Positions 39,600 through 51,430 of a stretch of 64,000 bases of DNA are shown here, in pieces. A model generated the notes under the pieces. It was not told where the DNA came from and did not search any database. It was given only the letters and a program-made list of their open reading frames with translations. Made by a program: the position numbers and the translations under genes. This DNA comes from Basidiobolus meristosporus CBS 931.73 (lineage: Eukaryota; Fungi; Basidiobolomycota). Location of the stretch: positions 112,537 to 176,536 of the forward strand of contig MCFE01000090.1 in assembly GCA_002104905.1 (NCBI GenBank), written 5' to 3'. Each line of letters opens with the position of its first letter. The first letter of the stretch is position 1.

Positions 39600-42500
39600 A
39601 TGTCCTTGAATTACGAGACTACTGTTGACGAACTCTCGGGTGATCTAGCAAACATTCATTTTGAATGTGAAAATCCATGTCTTGATGTTACCAAATGCAA
39701 GGCTCAAATTCGTGCGGCTGACAAGGAGAGAGCCATCTCACTGCTCCAAAGATTGACCGAATGCAGGGACTCGGAGAAACTGGCCCAAATTGTTGAAGAA
39801 GTGGCTGCTTTTGTTGACAACGTTGGGGTTGTCGAGGCAGTCGTCACCTTTGGAATGATTGACCTTCTGAAGGTAGCCGCCCAAAATAAAAAATCCCCCG
39901 TTGATCGTGAGGGTGCTCTGTTAGTTTACGCTGCTCTGGCCAAACGCCTTGGCCATTCGATCGAGCCTTACCTCGTCTCTGAACTACCAATTATTCTTGG
40001 CGGGTTCTCCGACAAATCTACTACTGTGCGCGAGGCAGCCAGAATAGCAGGTACTGCGCTAATGGCGCTGCCATGCGAGCATGCCGTCCCAGCACTGTTG
40101 CCAGTGCTTTTTGATGCGCTAGAAAATGGAAAATGGCAAACGAAGCTCGGAAGTCTGGCTCTTATCAGTGAGCTCTCTCGAGGTTCACCTGAACAGGTCC
40201 AAGCTTGCCTTCCCGATATTATTCCACGCGTTTCCGAAATAATGTGGGATACAAAGCCTGAAGTTCAGGCTGCCGCTAAGGCAACCATGAGAAGTGTGTG
40301 CGATGTCGTGGGAAATCCCGATATCGAGCCTTCTCTGGATTCTCTAATTGGCTGTATTGCCGCTCCTGAAAATGTTCCAGAATGTATTCACCAGTTAGCC
40401 GCAACAACATTTGTCACCCAGGTCGAGGCCCCAGCACTTGCCATCATGACTCCCCTTCTCACTAGAGGCTTAGCTGAACGGAACCCCGCGGTTCAGCGTC
40501 AAACTGCAGTAATCATCGAGAATATGTGTAAATTGGTGGAGAATCCAGCTGATGCAGCCCAGTTTTTACCAAAACTTCTCCCCGGACTTGACAGGATTAT
40601 CGAGATCGGCGCTAACCCGGAGTTACGTAGTGTAGCCGAACGGGCACGCTCTACCCTAGTCCGTGTTGGTGGCGCAAATGCTGACATTTTGGAGCCTTTA
40701 CTCGACACGACAGAAGCCACTGAAGTCTTGAAGATTCTGAACAAGGAGATCACCGATGTCTCCTCCTCTATCCTCGAAACATCACAGATCGCCCTCCATT
40801 ACATTGCCACTATGTGTGCAGGCCTTGTAAACAGACGCAGCTTCGAGGTTGTGGATTGGGATATTTGTATCGTTCCTTATCTTGCTCCATTGATTTCGCA
40901 AAAGAATGCCGATATAGTCTGTGCCAATACCTTGAAATTCTATGTCGAGCGGGATGAGAAGCGTTCCAAAGATGCGGCAGCGGCTGCAGAGGATGAGGAG
41001 GGCGAGGAGCTTTGCGATTGCGAATTCTCGCTGGCATATGGTGGCATGATTCTACTGAATAACACCCGGCTAAAGTTGCGCCGTGGACAGCGTTATGGCC
41101 TTTGCGGTCCCAATGGTGTGGGGAAATCCACGCTCATGCGATCCATAGCTGAAGGAAAGCTGAACGGATTCCCATCACCGGACGAGCTTAAAACAGTGTT
41201 CGTGGAGCACAATCTGCAAGCTGAGGAGGCAGAACTAGGGGTGCGTGAATTCATAGCGAAGGATCAGAATCTCTCTCATGTTTCTGAAGAAGAAATCAAA
41301 ACCATGCTGCTAAGTGTTGGTTTCACTGAGGACATGCAAATCATGGCGGTTTCGTCCCTTTCTGGAGGCTGGAAGATGAAATTGGAATTGGCACGTGCGA
41401 TGTTAATGCAAGCGGATATACTGCTTCTCGACGAGCCTACCAATCATTTGGATGTTGCCAACGTTGCGTGGCTGGTGAATTATCTCAACAGTCTCTCCAG
41501 CGTTACCAGCATCATAGTCTCTCATGATTCCGGCTTCCTGGATAGTGTGTGCACAAACATCATACACTATGAAAGTCGAAAATTAAAGAATTACAAGGGG
41601 AATCTCTCGGAGTTTGTGAAGCATTATCCAGAGGCCAAATCGTATTATCAATTGGCGAGCGTCACCCACAAATTCAAACTACCCGTGCCTGGTATATTGG
41701 ACGGCGTCAAATCGAAAGGCAAGGCTATCCTGAAGATGACAAACATTGGCTACACCTATCCAGGTGCCAGTAGAGTAGCTTTAAGGGATATATCCGTGCA
41801 GTGCTCTCTAAATTCTCGCGTTGCTGTGATCGGGCCTAATGGTGCTGGTAAGTCCACCATGATCAAGGTCCTAACGGGGGAAATTGTTCCTGACTGCGGC
41901 GAAATTAAGAAGCACCCTAACCTGCGGGTCGCCTACGTAGCTCAGCATGCCTTCCATCATGTTGAGCAGCATCTCGATATCACACCGAACGAATACATCC
42001 GCTGGCGCTACCAAAACGGTGAGGATCGAGAGTCGTTGGTGAAAGCCGATCGTCAAATTACCGACGAAGAGCTGAAACAAATGAACACTATCGTCTTGTG
42101 GGAAGGGGAAAAGCTCAAAGTAGAGGGTTTGTACGGACGTCGCAAGGCAGGCCGTTCTTCAGAGTACGAGGTTCAATGGGTCGGCAAGAGCCATCAAGAA
42201 AATGGCTGGGTACCTCGTGAGGACTTGGAAAAATGGGGATTCAAAAAAATGTTGGATGCATACGATGCCAAGGAGGCCGCTCTTGCCGGCGCCTGGACTA
42301 GGCAGCTGACCGCGAAGGAAGTGGAAAAGCATTTGGGGGATCTTGGGTTGGATGCAGAATTCGCTACTCACAGTCGAATCCGTGGATTATCAGGTGGTCA
42401 GAAAGTAAAGGTGGTGATTGCGGCAGCAATGTGGCTGAATCCACACCTGCTTGTCTTGGATGAGCCTACCAACTACCTGGATCGCGATTCTCTGGGTGCC

Positions 42501-42821
42501 TTGGCAGAAGCCATTAAGGATTTCGAGGGAGGGGTCGTGATGATTTCCCATCATACTGAATTCACTGAATCCCTATGCACCGAAACTTGGAAGGTTGATG
42601 CCGGTACCGTAACTCTGGAAGGAAACGACTATACTTCCAATTCTGCCGAGAAAATTCAAGCCCGTGATGAAGCGGAGACTAAAATCGATGCTTTTGGAAA
42701 CGTATCCAAAGTCTCCTCCCAGAAGAAGCTCACCCGAAAGGAGCTCAAACAAAAGCAAAAGCGGAGGGCCCAAAGAATTGCCAATGGGGAAGAAGTAAGC
42801 AGCGATGAAGACATCGCATAA
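39600..42821 (+). CDS. YEF3: translation elongation factor 3 family ABC ATPase, single exon
   Basis: HEAT repeats, two ABC domains (GPNGVGKS/LSGGWKMK/LLLDEPTNHLD; GPNGAGKS/LSGGQKVK/LVLDEPTNYLD), chromodomain insert, basic tail ending SSDED. Confidence 0.93.
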   Translation: MSLNYETTVDELSGDLANIHFECENPCLDVTKCKAQIRAADKERAISLLQRLTECRDSEKLAQIVEEVAAFVDNVGVVEAVVTFGMIDLLKVAAQNKKSPVDREGALLVYAALAKRLGHSIEPYLVSELPIILGGFSDKSTTVREAARIAGTALMALPCEHAVPALLPVLFDALENGKWQTKLGSLALISELSRGSPEQVQACLPDIIPRVSEIMWDTKPEVQAAAKATMRSVCDVVGNPDIEPSLDSLIGCIAAPENVPECIHQLAATTFVTQVEAPALAIMTPLLTRGLAERNPAVQRQTAVIIENMCKLVENPADAAQFLPKLLPGLDRIIEIGANPELRSVAERARSTLVRVGGANADILEPLLDTTEATEVLKILNKEITDVSSSILETSQIALHYIATMCAGLVNRRSFEVVDWDICIVPYLAPLISQKNADIVCANTLKFYVERDEKRSKDAAAAAEDEEGEELCDCEFSLAYGGMILLNNTRLKLRRGQRYGLCGPNGVGKSTLMRSIAEGKLNGFPSPDELKTVFVEHNLQAEEAELGVREFIAKDQNLSHVSEEEIKTMLLSVGFTEDMQIMAVSSLSGGWKMKLELARAMLMQADILLLDEPTNHLDVANVAWLVNYLNSLSSVTSIIVSHDSGFLDSVCTNIIHYESRKLKNYKGNLSEFVKHYPEAKSYYQLASVTHKFKLPVPGILDGVKSKGKAILKMTNIGYTYPGASRVALRDISVQCSLNSRVAVIGPNGAGKSTMIKVLTGEIVPDCGEIKKHPNLRVAYVAQHAFHHVEQHLDITPNEYIRWRYQNGEDRESLVKADRQITDEELKQMNTIVLWEGEKLKVEGLYGRRKAGRSSEYEVQWVGKSHQENGWVPREDLEKWGFKKMLDAYDAKEAALAGAWTRQLTAKEVEKHLGDLGLDAEFATHSRIRGLSGGQKVKVVIAAAMWLNPHLLVLDEPTNYLDRDSLGALAEAIKDFEGGVVMISHHTEFTESLCTETWKVDAGTVTLEGNDYTSNSAEKIQARDEAETKIDAFGNVSKVSSQKKLTRKELKQKQKRRAQRIANGEEVSSDEDIA

Positions 42822-42840
42822 GAGAGATATCATAGACCAT

Positions 42841-42898
42841 CACCTATTAACATTGTACGGAATAAATATCACCTATTAACGCTGTACGGAATAAATAT
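42841..42898 (+). repeat. 29-bp tandem duplication carrying two AATAAA signals in the eEF3 3' UTR
   Basis: cacctattaac(at/gc)tgtacggaataaatat x2. Confidence 0.8.
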
Positions 42899-43226
42899 AT
42901 CTTATCGTTGTAAAAGGTCAGGTTGATCCACTCAGACCTTCTAAGCAAGATTTGTGACGTAATTTCGATGGAGGTGTCCCTGTTTCCTATCAACATAGTA
43001 GGATTCTCCCGATGTCTATTCGAACCCTTCCAATCTAAGCATAAATGAACGGTCGCTTGCCAAGAAAGTTAGTGGCGATTATATTTGCTGAATTCCAGAC
43101 AATATCTGATTCAAACCTGCAAGAATGGATGGCAAGTATTCCACGAGTCAAAATAGCCACCGAAGTATCATTAGCATGACAGTACTAAGATATATAGTGC
43201 TATCATTAGCCACTCAAGCGTGTAAT

Positions 43227-43781
43227 ATGGATAGTCACATTGTCCTCCTCATAATCTGCAGCGTCTTCCTTGGGATATTGTGCGTTCCCGCCGCCATCCG
43301 ATATGCCCGTAGTCGATGGGCTGTAAATCTCCTATTGCTAATCATCGGCTCTATTCTAGGGATCGTCGGCGCCATTCTAACAAGGAATCAGCCTAACACC
43401 GGTCTAATTCTTCGAGAGGTCTCTTATGGCCTATTTCTTGCCATCGCAGTTATATTGCTAATAATCACAGTGAGCTACACCTTCTACACCCCATATAAGC
43501 GCGTCAACTCATCACTATGGATCGCTGGATTCTGTAGCGCGCTCATTCTAGTGAAGTCGATCTCCAGACTAGTAAATCTCTTAACCACTGGTACTCCCTC
43601 ATCCACCAACGATCCAGTGGAGGGCCTCAGAATGCTTACTTCATACATGAACGACTTCCCAGCATTTATCATATGCGATCCATTGATGGAATGGCTGACA
43701 ACAAATGTTCTGTTAAGCGTTAATCTGAAGGAGCACTTTGTGCATCCGGTTGAAAAAGCCGATATTCTTCAGCAGGTATGA
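43227..43781 (+). CDS. uncharacterised multi-pass membrane protein (possibly a truncated RTA1-like gene)
   Basis: 4-5 hydrophobic segments; family assignment is only a resemblance. Confidence 0.45.
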   Translation: MDSHIVLLIICSVFLGILCVPAAIRYARSRWAVNLLLLIIGSILGIVGAILTRNQPNTGLILREVSYGLFLAIAVILLIITVSYTFYTPYKRVNSSLWIAGFCSALILVKSISRLVNLLTTGTPSSTNDPVEGLRMLTSYMNDFPAFIICDPLMEWLTTNVLLSVNLKEHFVHPVEKADILQQV

Positions 43782-44281
43782 GATGTGAGCCCCTTAATGA
43801 TCATAGGTCAGATTGGACAAGCCTAACGTAAATTACCTAAGTGAAATTTTCCACAGTAAACGTGCCACAATATTGCCATTTATAATCAAAATGCTGTGGA
43901 TCTGTAGGTTTGAGGGTATAAATTTGGGTCAAGAAGCCTATGATGCCCGAGTGTATTGCCAACCGAAGATTTTATTACGCTGGAACATTGTTTACTCAGA
44001 TTCTCCAAATGCCTGATTGAGAAAATATTGTGAGGTGAGACATGAACCGAGTATAATATGATGAAGATCACTTCGAACACTGGTCTCTTGCTTGTGTATA
44101 TAGCCTGCTCCTGGCCATTCCCGACTCTATGGAACGAGTCCTTGCTGCCTATATGGCTATATGCAAAGAGGAGAGTAATGAAGGTGGTCTCAGCATCTCT
44201 TCCCCAGAACACAGTATAAATACGTGCACTTTGGTTGTTGGATATCATCAACTACTACTTCTGGATAAGTACACTCCAAAA

Positions 44282-44977
44282 ATGAACTCATTCCTTTGCC
44301 TGCTGGTTCTCGCGCTCTGCCTCACTGCGACTGTGGTGGATACCCTGCCATTGCACAACGTTAGTCGACCTAGTCCTGATTTTGCAGCAGCTGTCAATGC
44401 AGCTAAAGCTCACACACTCATGAAGAAGGACAAATACTCGCATGGGAGTGGTACGAATAACTATGATAATGGGAAAGACTACAACAACGGCAGCAAAAGT
44501 TACAGCAATGGAAACGGAAATAGCAAGAGCAATGGGGACGAGAGTAGCTCTGGTATCGGTAGCTCAGGTAGCAATAGAAGCAGTAGTAGCGGTAGCAATA
44601 GCCAGAGCACTACCTCCTCCAAGGGTACACTGCAATTCCGGTTCAACAATGGGCAGTGCACTGACTGGGCCGATGCTCGCTACGCACAGCTGACAGGCCA
44701 TCACGTAGCATGGTCGGGTGATGCACTAACCTGGACCTCCTCCGCCAGAAACACTGCTGGCTGGGCAGTTTCGAGTCAGCCCAAAGCCCCCTCCATCATT
44801 GTCATCCAGCCTGGGAATCAAGGTGTCGGCAGTGATGGCCACGTTGCAGTGGTTGAGAGGATTGAATCTGATGGTGAGGTGTACACCAGCAACTACAATT
44901 ACAACGGAGGCCCCTATGTCAAAACCTATGTGACCTTCAAGACAGGCAATGGGGTTAGCTTCATTTGGCATGACTGA
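44282..44977 (+). CDS. secreted CHAP-domain amidase/peptidase, type A copy 1
   Basis: Signal peptide, N/S/G-rich linker, GQCTDW catalytic Cys, GHVAVVE catalytic His; TATAAATA at 44215. Confidence 0.9.
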   Translation: MNSFLCLLVLALCLTATVVDTLPLHNVSRPSPDFAAAVNAAKAHTLMKKDKYSHGSGTNNYDNGKDYNNGSKSYSNGNGNSKSNGDESSSGIGSSGSNRSSSSGSNSQSTTSSKGTLQFRFNNGQCTDWADARYAQLTGHHVAWSGDALTWTSSARNTAGWAVSSQPKAPSIIVIQPGNQGVGSDGHVAVVERIESDGEVYTSNYNYNGGPYVKTYVTFKTGNGVSFIWHD

Positions 44978-45734
44978 TTCATCACTTTGCTTAATTTGGC
45001 ACAACCGACTGAACGGGTATTTCATTAGCTGGCTAATAAAGTACAGATATGGTTCAAAGCAACTTGGATCTAGATCGAACGGGGATTGGCTAATGAATGG
45101 TGGCTGTACAGTTCTTTCAGTCATACTCGACAATTACGAAAGGGTTGCTTACCCCATGATCAATGGTTTCAATATTCCCTAAGCGTAACATTCGCATCTA
45201 GTAGTAGGCTCGGAGAAACCATAGATCCGGTATAAAGGCCACCGTCCAGATTTAACGACACGCTTGTTTGCAAGGATTACTCCTTAAGGGGATATCGGTA
45301 TATATTTTCTGCATACCAGATACACCACTAATTCAACGTCAAAGCTATTTGGAATGGTTTCCTCCATGTGATTAGCGGATAGAGATGTCCGTTCACAGAT
45401 TGTCTACTACTGGAGTTGCGCACAATTTGTACCATATCCCTTGAAATAAAAGTGACTTCGTATTCATCTTCAATCATGACAGGCCTGTTCAATATAGTAG
45501 TAGTGAGTCAGCTTCGAAAACTGAAGGTCGTCAGTTCACCCGCGGCGCTTGATAATATATTCTGTTTATAGTGCAGTTAATATTCATCAGTGATATATGA
45601 ACTGCTTAAAAGGCCATACAAATATAGCTACTAATCGCAAAATAGAATCTTGCGGAAAAACGTGATGGAATGGTGCATCACTTATTTATTTATTGGGGTA
45701 TTTTCTATTGGGTATCTGAGCTGGACCTCTTCTC

Positions 45735-46280
45735 CTATTCATACCAGATGAAGGACACTCCTTCGCCAGGCCAGAAGTTAACATATGTGGTGATGTAGGG
45801 ACCGCCGCGTCCATTCTCAACATAGTTCCAATTGCTGGTGTAAACACTTCCGTCGTCATTGATGCTCTCGACGACCGCGACATGGCCATAGGAGTCGCAA
45901 CCCTGATATCCAGGCTGGATGGCAATGATCGAAGGAACTCGTGGCTCGCTGGAGACAACCCAGCCTTCGGTGTTTTCAGCGCTTGCTGGCCACGTCTTGG
46001 CATTCCCCCACCACTGAGTGTGATGACAGGTGAGCTGGTAATAACGAGCATCTGCCCAATCGGTGCATTGACCATTATCGAAGCGAAATTGCAGTGAGCA
46101 TGCATTGTAGAGCTCGGATAGACCAGCGAGCTGAGCATGTGATCCAGATGTCTCGGTAGCGTTTGATGAGCCTGAGGTGGTGCTTGGTGTGGTCGAGGTG
46201 GGAAGCGCTTGGACAGCCAGACTTAGAAGACCAACGGCAGCGACAACAGCACCCGAAAGAAAGGAAGAGATTTTGACCAT
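45735..46280 (-). CDS. secreted CHAP-domain amidase/peptidase, type B copy 1
   Basis: Signal peptide MVKISSFL...VQA, S/T linker, GQCTDW, YGHVAVVE. Confidence 0.9.
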   Translation of the reverse strand: MVKISSFLSGAVVAAVGLLSLAVQALPTSTTPSTTSGSSNATETSGSHAQLAGLSELYNACSLQFRFDNGQCTDWADARYYQLTCHHTQWWGNAKTWPASAENTEGWVVSSEPRVPSIIAIQPGYQGCDSYGHVAVVESINDDGSVYTSNWNYVENGRGGPYITTYVNFWPGEGVSFIWYE

Positions 46281-47546
46281 ATTGTACTATTGAGTGTTTT
46301 GAACGTGCTGAATTCATGTCACGAAGCTCGTAATATATAGCTGAGGAGATCCGAGGAAGGTCGATCCAACGAATAACAGATCACATCGCGCTCACTATTC
46401 CAGGCTAGGATTTAACTGGGCTATCCATAACAAGTGGCATTTGGAATTCGATTCCTACCATCGAGTTAAAGCTCAGTAAGAAATTTCCAAAACCCCCAAT
46501 CCAATCAATCTGGATCTTGCTTACCTTTGCAGATCGAATTGTACTTCAAGTTATTCACCATATATGGAGACCGCAAGTTGGTCACAGATTGGTTTAGTAA
46601 TCCTCGATGAAGTTTGACTACTGCCATGTTTGGTCATGGAAGTCAATTTGGCACGCCCCTAGATCTACATTTCCGATTAGGGATTAGTCTATCATCTCAG
46701 TGCGCAGAGTCAGTTTTTTGCTTTAGTTTTAGAAGATCAGGAAGGTTTCTTGTTAGTAGAGTGTCCAATTCTCGAAGATTCAAGGACCCCGCCTACCGTA
46801 GTGCGAACACGGAATATCGAATTCAAGTCTAGACTCTGTCAATATAGGCCTACGTAGATCGTGAAATATCAGATCCTGAGATTATTGACTTTCATCTAAA
46901 ATAGGTGCGGAGATGGCGGATTTTTTTGATCGGTTACTTTCGTTTTATCACTATCTTTATCCAATTGTTTTGTGTTGAAAAAGCTTTGATAGAATCCTCT
47001 ATGTTTGAACCATATGTTTGTATCGGTTTCGGAACAAGTGTGATTCCATGTACTACATTCCATTGCTGGCTAATGTATACGTTGACCCATACGGTAGACA
47101 CGATTTGGAGCAGCCACGAAACTACAATTGTTACAGAGTAAACCCGTAATATCAAACCATAATACAAGCACTACGTCTTTACCCTCTAAAGTGTATGCAT
47201 CTTTCACTCGTATAATATTAAGGCTAGAGGGGCCTTTGTTGCAAACTCCATAATTCCTGCTGCTAAGAGTAAGTAAATATCCGATATCTATAACTAGTCT
47301 CCTAAATGCAAAGACTGAGTTAATCAGGTTGATGTAAATATGGCAACAATCACAAATAATCATTACGACTAGCTAGTGCTATATGCATCTCCGAGCAACA
47401 ATGCTACTTGTCAATGTTATAGTATTTCAGTCAAGCGCGATAAACGCATATCAGGCAGGTCACACTGGAAAACGAGATAGAGTGGTGTTTTACTTATTTA
47501 TTTATTGGGGTATTTTCTATTGGGTATCTGAGCTGGACCTCTTCTC

Positions 47547-48092
47547 CTATTCATACCAGATGAAGGAGACTCCTTCGCCAGGCCAGAAGTTAACATATGT
47601 GGTGATGTAGGGACCGCCGCGTCCATTCTCAACGTAGTTCCAGTTGCTGGTGTAGACACTTCCGTCGTCATTGATGCTCTCGACGACCGCGACATGGCCA
47701 TAGGAGTCGCAACCCTGATATCCAGGCTGGATGACAATGATCGAAGGAACTCGTGGCTCGCTGGAGACAACCCAGCCTTCGGTGTTTTCAGCGCTTGCTG
47801 GCCACGTCTTGGCATTCCCCCACCACTGAGTGTGATGACAGGTGAGCTGGTAATAACGAGCATCTGCCCAATCGGTGCATTGGCCGTTATCGAAGCGAAA
47901 TTGCAGTGAGCATGCATTGTAGAGCTCGGATAGACCAGCGAGCTGAGCATGTGATCCAGATGCCTCGGTAGCGTTTGATGAGCCTGAGGTGGTGCTTGGA
48001 GTGGTCGAGGTGGGAAGCGCTTGGACAGCCAGACTTAGAAGACCAACGGCAGCGACAACAGCGCCCGAAAGAAAGGAAGAGATTTTGACCAT
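47547..48092 (-). CDS. secreted CHAP-domain amidase/peptidase, type B copy 2
   Basis: 181 aa, near-identical to 45735-46280. Confidence 0.9.
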   Translation of the reverse strand: MVKISSFLSGAVVAAVGLLSLAVQALPTSTTPSTTSGSSNATEASGSHAQLAGLSELYNACSLQFRFDNGQCTDWADARYYQLTCHHTQWWGNAKTWPASAENTEGWVVSSEPRVPSIIVIQPGYQGCDSYGHVAVVESINDDGSVYTSNWNYVENGRGGPYITTYVNFWPGEGVSFIWYE

Positions 48093-49412
48093 ATTGTACT
48101 ATTGAGTGTTGTGAACGTGTTGAATCCATGGCACAAAGCTCGTAATAAATAGCTGAGGAGATCTGAGAAAGGTCAATCCAACAAGCAACAAGTCACAGTC
48201 CGCTTACTATTCTGGGCCAGGATTTAACGGAGCTATCCATAACAAGTGGCATTTGGAATTCGATTCCTACCATCGAGTTGAAGCCGAGTAGAAAATTTCT
48301 CAAACCATTAATCCAGTAGATTTGTATCTTACCTTCCAAAATGAAGCATATATCAAGGATGCTGCCATATATGAAAATTCATCTAGTTATAGAATGTCCT
48401 TATTCCTAATTTACTACCACATTAGGCTTGGAAGGCACGTGCTTATATTTCCGATTTCGATTCAGGATCGCTCCAAGTAGTCCACAGTCGTTGAGATTCT
48501 TGATTATGGTACTAATTGTGCTTTTTCTTGACGGAACATTGTAGGAACCTCGCGATGTCTGGATATGTTACACTCTAAAAAGTGCTTTTTTCTCAGTAAT
48601 CAGTTGAAGTCTAGACCCTACCAACATGGTGCTTCGAATTCAGGCTTCAAAGATCCACCCATAGCGTATTTTTAGAGTCAAAAGTCTCGGGTTTTGTTAA
48701 CGAAAGATCGTTAACCTGTAGATTTGGGGGACCGATGCAATGTCATCTTGGTCTTCTGAAGACTCTGCTACTTACCTTCATTCAAATACATTCGTATATC
48801 GGGTAATTAAAATTGGGCCCCTAAGGGTAGCTGATCAATTTATGTAGCAATTCTCCAAACGCCAAAATCTGAAAACAAAAAAGTCGTATTGGTATAAGAA
48901 GAGTCAGAATCAACGAATGCAAGATGCATCACTAAGAGTAGGATTGGGAGGAAGTGGTGGAACCAGCAATGGGAGTATTGATTAGAAGAACAGTTCTAAT
49001 GTGATGGTTGGGGAATAGGGGTAAGGATCTGGAAGCTTATATTAATGTGGGGTGTGTGACGTCCTGAGTAGACTGCTATCAGAAGCGATATTATTACACT
49101 GGAACATTGTTTACTCAGATGCCCTATACGCCTGATGAGAGATTATTGAGAAATGAGACATGAGCTGAGTATGATATGGCGAAAATCTATTTTCATCATA
49201 TGGCACGCTAACTCTGGACTCTTGCCCATGTATGTTGATTGCTCTTCATTCCCGACTCTATGGAACGAGTCCTTGCTGCCTATATGGCTATATGCAAAGA
49301 GAAGAGTAATGAAGGTGGTCTCCGCATCCCTTACCCAGAACACAGTATAAATACGTGCACTTTGGTTGTTGGATATCATCAACTACTACTTCTGGATAAG
49401 TACACTCCAAAA

Positions 49413-50108
49413 ATGAACTCATTCCTTTGCCTGCTGGTCCTCGCACTCTGCCTCACTGCAAATGTGGTGGATACCCTGCCATTGCACGACGTCAGTCGAC
49501 CTAGTCTGGGTCTTGCAGGAGCTGTCGATGCAGCTAAAGCGCACACACTCATGAAGAAGGACAAATACTCGCATGGGAGTGGTACGAATAACTATGGTAA
49601 TGGGAAAGACTACTACAACGGCAGCAAAAGTTACAGCAATGGAAACGGAAATAGCAAGAGCAATGGGGACGAGAATAGCTCTGGTATCGGTAGTTCAGGT
49701 AGCAATGGAAGCAGTAGTAGCGGTAGCAATAGCCAGAGCACTACCTCCTCCAAGGGTACACTGCAATTCCGGTTCAACAATGGGCAGTGCACTGACTGGG
49801 CCGATGCTCGCTACGCACAGCTGTCAGGCCATCATGTAGCATGGTCGGGTGATGCACTAACCTGGACCTCCTCCGCCAGAAATGCTGCTGGCTGGACGGT
49901 TTCGAATCAGCCCAAAGTCCCCTCCATCATTGTCATCCAGCCTGGGAATCAAGGTGTCGGCAGTGATGGCCACGTTGCAGTGGTTGAAAGGATTGAATCT
50001 GATGGTGAGGTGTACACCAGCAACTACAATTACAACGGAGGCCCCTATGTCAAAACCTATGTGACCTTCAAGACAGGCAATGGGGTTAGCTTCATTTGGC
50101 ATGACTGA
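49413..50108 (+). CDS. secreted CHAP-domain amidase/peptidase, type A copy 2
   Basis: Near-identical to 44282-44977; catalytic Cys and His intact. Confidence 0.9.
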   Translation: MNSFLCLLVLALCLTANVVDTLPLHDVSRPSLGLAGAVDAAKAHTLMKKDKYSHGSGTNNYGNGKDYYNGSKSYSNGNGNSKSNGDENSSGIGSSGSNGSSSSGSNSQSTTSSKGTLQFRFNNGQCTDWADARYAQLSGHHVAWSGDALTWTSSARNAAGWTVSNQPKVPSIIVIQPGNQGVGSDGHVAVVERIESDGEVYTSNYNYNGGPYVKTYVTFKTGNGVSFIWHD

Positions 50109-50884
50109 TTCATCACTTTGCTTTATTTGGCACAACCGACTGAACGGGTATTTCATTAGCTGGCTAATAAAGTACAGATATGGTTCAAAGCAACTTGGAT
50201 CTAGATCGAACGGGGATTGGCTAATGAATGGTGGCTGTACAGTTCTTTCAGTCATACTTGACAATTACGAAAGGGTTGCTTACCCCATGATCAATGGTTT
50301 CAATATTCCCTAAGCGTAACATCCGCATCTAGTAGTAGGCTCGGAGAAACCATAGATCCGGTATAAAGGCCACCGTCCAGATTTAACGACACGCTTGTTT
50401 GCAAGGATTACTCCTTAAGGGGATATCGGTATATATTTTCTGCATACCAGATACACCACTAATTCAACGTCAAAGCTATTTGGAAATGGTTTCCTCCATG
50501 TGATTAGCGGATAGAGATGTCGTTCACAGATTGTCTACTACTGGAGTTGCGCACAATTTGTACCATATCCCTTGAAATAAAAGTGACTTCGTATTCACCT
50601 TCAATCATGACAGGCCTGTTCAATATAGTAGTAGTGAGTCAGCTTCGAAAACTGAAGGTCGTCAGTTCACCCGCGGCGCTTGATAATATATTCTGTTTAT
50701 AGTGCAGTTAATATTCATCAGTGATATACGTGCATCGAATACTTAAGAGCTGCTTAAAAGGCCATACAAATATAGCTACTAATCGCTAAAATAGAATCTT
50801 GCTGGAAAAACGTGATGGAATGGTACTTCACTTATTTATTTATTGGGGTATTTTCTATTGGGTATCTGAGCTGGACCTCTTCTC

Positions 50885-51430
50885 CTATTCATACCAGATG
50901 AAGGACACTCCTTCGCCAGGCCAGAAGTTAACATATGTGGTGATGTAGGGACCGCCGCGTCCATTCTCAACGTAGTTCCAGTTGCTGGTGTAGACACTTC
51001 CGTCGTCGTTGATGCTCTCGACGACTGCGACGTGGCCATAGGAGTCGCAACCCTGATATCCAGGCTGGATGGCAATGATCGAAGGAACTCGTGGCTCGCT
51101 GGAGACAACCCAGCCTTCGGTGTTTTCAGCGCTTGCTGGCCACGTCTTGGCATTCCCCCACCACTGAGTGTGATGACAGGTGAGCTGGTAATAACGAGCA
51201 TCTGCCCAATCGGTGCATTGGCCGTTATCGAAGCGAAATTGCAGTGAGCATGCATTGTAGAGCTCGGATAGACCAGCGAGCTGAGCATGTGATCCAGATG
51301 TCTCGGTAGCGTTTGATGAGCCTGAGGTGGTGCTTGGAGTGGTCGAGGTGGGAAGCGCTTGGACAGTCAGACTTAGAAGACCAACGGCAGCGACAACAGC
51401 GCCCGAAAGAAAGGAAGAGATTTTGACCAT
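50885..51430 (-). CDS. secreted CHAP-domain amidase/peptidase, type B copy 3
   Basis: 181 aa, intact. Confidence 0.9.
   Translation of the reverse strand: MVKISSFLSGAVVAAVGLLSLTVQALPTSTTPSTTSGSSNATETSGSHAQLAGLSELYNACSLQFRFDNGQCTDWADARYYQLTCHHTQWWGNAKTWPASAENTEGWVVSSEPRVPSIIAIQPGYQGCDSYGHVAVVESINDDGSVYTSNWNYVENGRGGPYITTYVNFWPGEGVSFIWYE

Larger units (their letters stand above)
43970..48300. repeat. segmental duplication unit 1 (CHAP A+, B-, B-), repeated at about 49090-53420 (period about 5.12-5.15 kb)
   Basis: Co-linear identity from tattac(g/a)ctggaacattgtttactcagat onward; gene-end offsets 5131, 5150, 5119 bp; boundaries approximate. Confidence 0.9.

Noticed and set aside
44129-44281. N-terminal extensions of the type A CHAP ORFs (from 44129 and 49239)
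   Set aside because: They span a TATA box (44215) and precede a clear signal peptide starting at ATG 44282 and 49413.
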